This document shows positions 58,994-64,000 of a DNA stretch of 64,000 nucleotides, piece by piece. The notes below the pieces were generated by a model that ran no database searches, was not told the DNA's origin, and saw nothing but the letters and a program-made list of their open reading frames with translations. How positions within the stretch are numbered: the stretch's first letter is position 1; every line of letters begins with the position of its first letter. The position numbers and the translations under genes are program-made. The DNA comes from a virus: the IMG/VR virus record IMGVR_UViG_3300032235_000653, positions 35,767 to 99,766 of that record, one strand, 5' to 3'.

Positions 58994-60766
58994 ATGTTTA
59001 AGATTAAATCACTGTCAGTTAAAAACTTCATGAGCGTGGGCAATGCTACCCAGGGTATCGACTTCGATCGCAACGATTTAACTCTTGTGTTAGGCGAAAA
59101 CTTAGACTTGGGCGGTGATGACAGCGGTGCTCGAAATGGAACTGGTAAAACTACTATCATTAACGCATTGAGCTACAGTCTGTTCGGCCAGGCACTAACT
59201 AATATTAAAAAAGACAATTTGATTAATAAAACTAACAGCAAACACATGTTAGTTACCATTGATTTTGAATCCGAAGGTCGCCGTTATAGAATTGAACGGG
59301 GTCGTAAACCAAATGTACTAAAGTTTTACGTAGACGACGAAGAATTAGAAACCAAAGACGATAACAGTCAGGGCGACAGTCGCGAAACACAATTAGAAAT
59401 TGAACGACTGTTAAACATGAGCCACGATATGTTCAAACATATTGTTGCTCTAAATACATACACAGAACCATTTTTAAGTTTAAAAGCCAATGATCAACGA
59501 ACTATCATTGAACAATTGTTGGGTATTACTGTACTGTCAGAAAAAGCCGAAGCTCTTAAAGAGCAAAACAAATCCACTAAAGACGCAATTCAACAGGAAG
59601 AATTTCGAATTAAAGCTGTAGGCGATGCAAACAAACGAATTCAAGATCAAATCGATGCGCTGATTCGTCGACAAACATTGTGGACTAATAAGCACAAAGA
59701 TGATATTGCATCATTACAGGCAGCATATGATCAGCTCGCAGAATTAGACATAGAGTCTGAGTTAGACGCTCATAAAAAACTAGCAGAATATAATACAAAA
59801 AGTAAACAAATAGCTGATTTTAAAACTTTGGTTAAGCGCTGCGAACAAGACGAAACCAGAGAAACCAAGGAGATAGAAAAGCTTAAAAAAGAAATTTTGG
59901 CTTTAGAAAATCATACTTGTCATAGCTGTGGGCAATCATTTCATGATGCCAAACAAGTAATTGTTTTGGAAGAAAAACAAAAAACACTGCAAGAAACTGC
60001 ATTGCAAGCATTGGCTACTAATACACAATTGCTGGAAAATCAAGAAGCTCTCAACCTACTAGGCGAGCTGGGACAGAAACCAGTGACATTTTATAAAGAC
60101 GAAAGCGATGCTTTTGAACATCGTAGCAGCATGGCATCTGTTCTTACACAATTAAATTCTAAACAGTCAGAACAAGACCCGTACACAGATCAAATTAATG
60201 ATATGAAGGAAACGGCTGTTGAAGAAATAAATTATGATTATATGAATTCATTGGTACGAATTAAAGATCATCAAGAATTTTTACTTAAGTTATTAACCAA
60301 TAAAGATAGTTTTATTCGTAAAAAGATCATCGATCAAAATCTAAGCTACTTAAATGCAAGATTGGGATTTTATTTAGATAAAATCGGTTTACCGCATACT
60401 GTTAAATTCAACAATGACTTATCTGTTAGTATCGAAGAACTAGGTCGTGAACTAGACTTTGATAATTTAAGTAGGGGCGAGCGTAACAGACTTATACTCA
60501 GTCTAAGTTGGTCCTTCCGAGACGTCTGGGAAAGTTTGTATCAACCTATTAATTTATTGTTCATCGACGAGCTTGTTGATAGCGGTATGGATGCTAGTGG
60601 TGTTGAAAATAGTTTAGCAATTTTAAAGAAAATGAGTCGAGAAAGTAACAAGTCTGTATGGCTAGTGTCACACAAAGACGAACTGGCTGGGCGAGTAAAC
60701 AACATACTTACTGTTGTTAAAGAAAACGGTTTTACTAACTATAATACAGATATTGAAGTTGTTTAA
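58994..60766 (+). CDS. gp46: recombination ATPase subunit, gp46/Rad50-like
   Basis: KNFMSVG, NGTGKTT, coiled coil with CHSC hook, LSRGE, FIDE, VSH. Confidence 0.95.
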   Translation: MFKIKSLSVKNFMSVGNATQGIDFDRNDLTLVLGENLDLGGDDSGARNGTGKTTIINALSYSLFGQALTNIKKDNLINKTNSKHMLVTIDFESEGRRYRIERGRKPNVLKFYVDDEELETKDDNSQGDSRETQLEIERLLNMSHDMFKHIVALNTYTEPFLSLKANDQRTIIEQLLGITVLSEKAEALKEQNKSTKDAIQQEEFRIKAVGDANKRIQDQIDALIRRQTLWTNKHKDDIASLQAAYDQLAELDIESELDAHKKLAEYNTKSKQIADFKTLVKRCEQDETRETKEIEKLKKEILALENHTCHSCGQSFHDAKQVIVLEEKQKTLQETALQALATNTQLLENQEALNLLGELGQKPVTFYKDESDAFEHRSSMASVLTQLNSKQSEQDPYTDQINDMKETAVEEINYDYMNSLVRIKDHQEFLLKLLTNKDSFIRKKIIDQNLSYLNARLGFYLDKIGLPHTVKFNNDLSVSIEELGRELDFDNLSRGERNRLILSLSWSFRDVWESLYQPINLLFIDELVDSGMDASGVENSLAILKKMSRESNKSVWLVSHKDELAGRVNNILTVVKENGFTNYNTDIEVV

Positions 60767-62471
60767 TTTTAACAAAATCGACGAATATCAAATTGAGCTG
60801 ACTACTTACTGTAATGCAGCGTGTCCACAATGCCCTCGAAATATTAATGGTGGACGTATAAACCCACACTTAAAATTAGAGCATTTGTCAAGAGCTGTTA
60901 TAGATCAAGCGTTTTCCACTGATCTATGTAATAGACTAAGACAAATATTTTTCTGTGGTAGTTATGGTGATCCTATCATGCATCCAGATTTTCTGGACAT
61001 ACTTTGGGACTTTAGACAAAAATCGCCTAAATTATGGCTTTACATGCATACAAACGGCGGAGCGCACGATACTGAATTTTGGCAAGAGATTGCTTATATT
61101 TTAAACGGTCACGGTCAAGTTGATTTTAATATAGACGGTCTCGAAGATACAAATCATCTATATAGGCGCAATACTGATTTTAATAAAATCATTAAAAATG
61201 CAAAAGCATTTATTGATGCAGGGGGCAGGGCTGTTTGGAACTTTATTGTGTTCGAGCATAACCAGCATCAAATTAAACAAGCAGAACAACTAAGCAAAGA
61301 ACTGGGATTTGAAAAGTTTTTGTATCGTTCAACTGGGAGATTCTTAAATCACAGGACCATGACAACGTTTGACGAATGGCCTGTAGTAGATCGCAATGGC
61401 AATAAAATCTATAGCATAAAACCGACAACTAGTGTAGAATTTACAAATCGCAGTATTAACAACCTGCCTGTATTGCAGGAAAAGTACGAAGATTTTACAG
61501 ATTATTTTAAAAATGTAGAAATAAAATGTGATTCGTTAACTCATAAAAGAGTTGCTATTAATGCACACGGGCTTGTTTTACCTTGCAATATGCTTAATCA
61601 TAATTTGCACGATGCAAGATTTTATGACGACAATGTAATGCCTTGTAGCAATAGCTTGAGTACCGTGGACAAAAAGAATCAAGTTGCAGAATTTATCAAA
61701 CAACACAATGAACAAAGCCTAAACATAAAAAGCAATAGTCTAGAACAAATATTCAAAAGTACATTTTGGTCTGCCTTGGAAAAAAGTTGGAGCTGTAATA
61801 GTTTTCCAGAACGTATTTTTGAGTGTGCATTGACTTGTGGAAAACAATTTACAAAAGTTTGGGATCAAACAAAAATGAAAAAGAAATTTTTAATAACGGG
61901 CGGCAACAGAGGGCTAGGTCTTTCACTGGCAACGCATACCAATGGCCAAAGTGTTAGCAGAGCAGAGGGATACGATATTACTAAAAATGATGACATTCAG
62001 CGCATTGCTCAGAAGAGTCTCGAGTATGATGTTTTTATCAATAATGCGTTTGACGGTCCTCCACAAGAAGCATGGGCTAATTTTGCACAAACTAACTTGT
62101 ATATGGCTGTCTACGATGCGTGGAAAACTGCCAATAAGCAGGGCTGGATTATCAATATCGGTAGTTCAGGATCCAAATCTATAGTTGCACCCGAACCCAG
62201 ATTTGAAACATATCGTATTAGTAAGGCTGCACTAGAACATGCTAGCAAGCAAGGCACACAAGCATTTAAACAAAACAAAGTACCTTTTAAAACAACATTA
62301 ATCACTTTAGATAGATTAGACACTGAATTAAGCAGAAATCGTTCAAACTGGACAGGTAACGGCATTGATTTGACTGATGTGTATAATTTTATCGACTATG
62401 GCTCAAACATAAATCCAAACACCTGCATAGAAGAAATAACATTTTATTGTAACTTAGACTATCTGGCATAA
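60759..62471 (+). CDS. radical SAM/SPASM-like protein fused to a C-terminal short-chain dehydrogenase
   Basis: CNAACPQC, GSYGDP, C-terminal C..PC..CALTC; then MKKKFLITGGNRGLG, INNA, IINIGS, YRISK. Start is probably TTG 60753 or 60759. Confidence 0.85.
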   Translation: MFNFNKIDEYQIELTTYCNAACPQCPRNINGGRINPHLKLEHLSRAVIDQAFSTDLCNRLRQIFFCGSYGDPIMHPDFLDILWDFRQKSPKLWLYMHTNGGAHDTEFWQEIAYILNGHGQVDFNIDGLEDTNHLYRRNTDFNKIIKNAKAFIDAGGRAVWNFIVFEHNQHQIKQAEQLSKELGFEKFLYRSTGRFLNHRTMTTFDEWPVVDRNGNKIYSIKPTTSVEFTNRSINNLPVLQEKYEDFTDYFKNVEIKCDSLTHKRVAINAHGLVLPCNMLNHNLHDARFYDDNVMPCSNSLSTVDKKNQVAEFIKQHNEQSLNIKSNSLEQIFKSTFWSALEKSWSCNSFPERIFECALTCGKQFTKVWDQTKMKKKFLITGGNRGLGLSLATHTNGQSVSRAEGYDITKNDDIQRIAQKSLEYDVFINNAFDGPPQEAWANFAQTNLYMAVYDAWKTANKQGWIINIGSSGSKSIVAPEPRFETYRISKAALEHASKQGTQAFKQNKVPFKTTLITLDRLDTELSRNRSNWTGNGIDLTDVYNFIDYGSNINPNTCIEEITFYCNLDYLA

Positions 62472-62508
62472 ATTAAAGTACATATCATGGAAATCGTACA
62501 AATACAAT

Positions 62509-62943
62509 ATGACTTGGTTATTCGAAGGCTCTGAGGTTGAGAATTTACCCGACAGTTGTGTTGGATTTGTATATCTTATCACAAACAAATCAACAAACAA
62601 AAAATACATTGGCAAAAAACTGGCAAAATTTAGTAAAACTACGCAACGAACAGTAAAATTAAAAAACGGTACAAAAAAGAAAAAGAAAATTCGCTCAAAG
62701 GTCGATTCGGACTGGAGAGATTATTATGGATCAAGTCCTGAATTAAAAAGGGACGTAGAAACACTGGGCTTAGAAAATTTTACTAGAGAAATTCTTTATT
62801 ATTGTGAATCAAAAGCAATTTGTAGTTATATTGAAGCAAGAGAACAATTTACCAGGCGTGTATTAGAATCAGATGAATATTACAACGGCATAATCGACTG
62901 CCGTATCCATGGCTCCCATATAAAAAATAAGTTAAGCATTTAA
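62509..62943 (+). CDS. stand-alone GIY-YIG family nuclease
   Basis: GFVYLITN...KYIG, WRDYYGSS, F.REIL, IEAREQ, YYN; Lys-rich insertion; no C-terminal DNA-binding repeats. Confidence 0.85.
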   Translation: MTWLFEGSEVENLPDSCVGFVYLITNKSTNKKYIGKKLAKFSKTTQRTVKLKNGTKKKKKIRSKVDSDWRDYYGSSPELKRDVETLGLENFTREILYYCESKAICSYIEAREQFTRRVLESDEYYNGIIDCRIHGSHIKNKLSI

Positions 62944-62948
62944 GACTC

Positions 62949-63353
62949 GCACAAGTCAATATCATGTGCCCTAGACCTGGATCTCGGATCGCAGGGATGG
63001 AAGACTCACCGTGCTAGTGAGCACTCAACCACTACCCGAAAGGATGAGGATTGCCAATGCCGCAATTTGGTTGTTTGAAAAGGATTAATAGGCTAAAAAG
63101 ACGTAGCAGTGATGCTACACGGTTTATATGTATGTTAGCGTATAGATATAAACCTGCCGTTGTGATAAGAACTGAGCTCGAGGTACCGGACAACCGCCTC
63201 TGTAACTGCTTTAACGCTAATGACTGTGCTACTCGGATGAAGCATTATCATTTTTGCCCTGTGCGGGCAAAGTGTGACTGATTAATCTGGATGAAACTTA
63301 TATCGCTTCGCTCTTTAATTAAAATATATCACTGAGCGACAGCGAAAGTGATA
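62949..63353 (+). ncRNA. putative structured non-coding RNA (unassigned family; strand inferred)
   Basis: Intergenic region with many helices, GAAA and GTGA (GNRA) tetraloops on the + strand, and a possible 7-bp pseudoknot. Confidence 0.55.
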
Positions 63354-63371
63354 GATGTGCTACGCACATCT
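63353..63371. terminator. hairpin at the convergence of the + and - transcription units
   Basis: AGATGTGC-tac-GCACATCT abutting the stop of the gp51-like gene; no clear U-tract. Confidence 0.4.
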
Positions 63372-63589
63372 TAAAAGAATGGTAATCCTGTTTCTTTTGT
63401 AGTATTGATGTTGTCTTCGATGATACCATTAATGATTTCTCTTTCTTGAAAACTTATTTCCAAAGCTTCGCTATAAGTTATTCCACCCCTCATGTGCCAA
63501 CAAATTTTTAATATATTCTTCTTAAGGGCTTTTGAATCTTTCTCGAAGTCTTTAATCATTTCGACGATCGATTCATTATCTAAACTCAA
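63371..63589 (-). CDS. baseplate hub assembly protein, gp51-like
   Basis: ICWHMRGGITYSEA....ERE pattern; follows a gp26-like gene. Confidence 0.6.
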   Translation of the reverse strand: MSLDNESIVEMIKDFEKDSKALKKNILKICWHMRGGITYSEALEISFQEREIINGIIEDNINTTKETGLPFF

Positions 63590-63594
63590 AAGCC

Positions 63595-64000
63595 TTATAC
63601 GAAAAAACTTGCTTGCTCAAAAACTAATGGGGTTTCATAGGGTTTGTTACAGTCTTCGTGTTCACACGTTATAGGAACTTTTTTAAGTGGGCTTTGTTCT
63701 CCAAAGCTTTCTAACTTTGATTTAACTGAGTCCCACACTGTTTTATTGCAATTTTGAAAGAATTCATGAATCTGTTCCGGATTTTCTACTACAACACCTT
63801 CTTCGGTTTTAACCCCAGCTACACTTATACTGATTTGTTCAACTGTTAGAGTTAATAATCTTTGAAAAACAACATTGAATTTTGCTAATTTTTCTTCTTC
63901 ACTCAACGAGTCATCTCCCACTACAGATAATAATCGTTGATGCTCGTAGTTTTCTAAACTGGCTTTGTTAAATTGTTGGTAATCATGAGGCTTGATATAA
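63595..64000 (-). CDS. baseplate hub subunit, gp26-like (5' end outside window)
   Basis: Frame is open to the window end (YIKPHDYQQFNK...); C-terminal ITCEHEDC...FEQASFFV. Confidence 0.6.
   Translation of the reverse strand, partial: YIKPHDYQQFNKASLENYEHQRLLSVVGDDSLSEEEKLAKFNVVFQRLLTLTVEQISISVAGVKTEEGVVVENPEQIHEFFQNCNKTVWDSVKSKLESFGEQSPLKKVPITCEHEDCNKPYETPLVFEQASFFV

Noticed and set aside
62509-62943. Mobile homing endonuclease
   Set aside because: It has no DNA-binding tail and is not inside an intron or a split gene; it resembles the stand-alone GIY-YIG proteins of T4-like phages.
63051-63281. 76-aa ORF in the ORF track
   Set aside because: TTG start, no recognisable motif, and it lies wholly within the helix-dense element; probably spurious.
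62944-63370. Group I/II intron, tmRNA, RNase P, hammerhead or tRNA identity for the non-coding element
   Set aside because: No P7 (R/S) consensus, domain V, tRNA-like ends or CUGAUGA core was found. The resemblance to RNase P P4 strands (GGAAGACTC / AGAACTGAGCT) is loose, and no interrupted host gene flanks the region. An Infernal search is needed.
1-64000. Stop-codon reassignment (alternative genetic code)
   Set aside because: Long genes, including a 14-kb ORF, are intact and tightly packed under the standard code.
1-64000. CRISPR array, tRNAs, IS elements, integrase
   Set aside because: No regularly spaced repeats, cloverleafs or transposase/integrase motifs were seen by eye; short elements could have been missed.

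Overview
A 64-kb segment of an AT-rich, distantly T4-like large (probably jumbo) myophage genome, read with the standard code; no tRNA, rRNA or CRISPR array was seen. (1) 1-8.9 kb, + strand: early and metabolic genes, including a MoxR-type AAA ATPase with its HExxH/VWA partner, small hypothetical proteins, DHFR, thymidylate synthase, an NDP-sugar epimerase and a DegT aminotransferase. (2) 8.9-29.4 kb, - strand: a GNAT/ART-like/GNAT multidomain protein, then a ~19-kb tailoring cluster. The cluster holds glycosyltransferase-like proteins, dCMP deaminase, a sulfotransferase-like protein, an APS kinase-HxGH nucleotidyltransferase fusion, a carbamoyltransferase with a tiny PFIY partner ORF, and seven tandem radical SAM paralogs with N-terminal Twitch/SPASM-like domains. 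(3) 29.5-57 kb, - strand: tail fibre and baseplate module, including a 4673-aa protein and gp6-, gp25- and gp5-like genes. (4) 57-63 kb, + strand: gp55 late sigma factor, gp47/gp46, a radical SAM-SDR fusion and a stand-alone GIY-YIG nuclease, followed by a ~420-nt helix-dense non-coding region; gp51- and gp26-like genes end the window. The best candidates for undescribed biology are the radical SAM/glycan tailoring cluster beside the tail fibres, the structured RNA-like element behind the minimal GIY-YIG nuclease, and a putative protease-processed, virion-delivered GNAT-ART-GNAT polyprotein. All assignments come from motif recognition by eye; no database searches were run.
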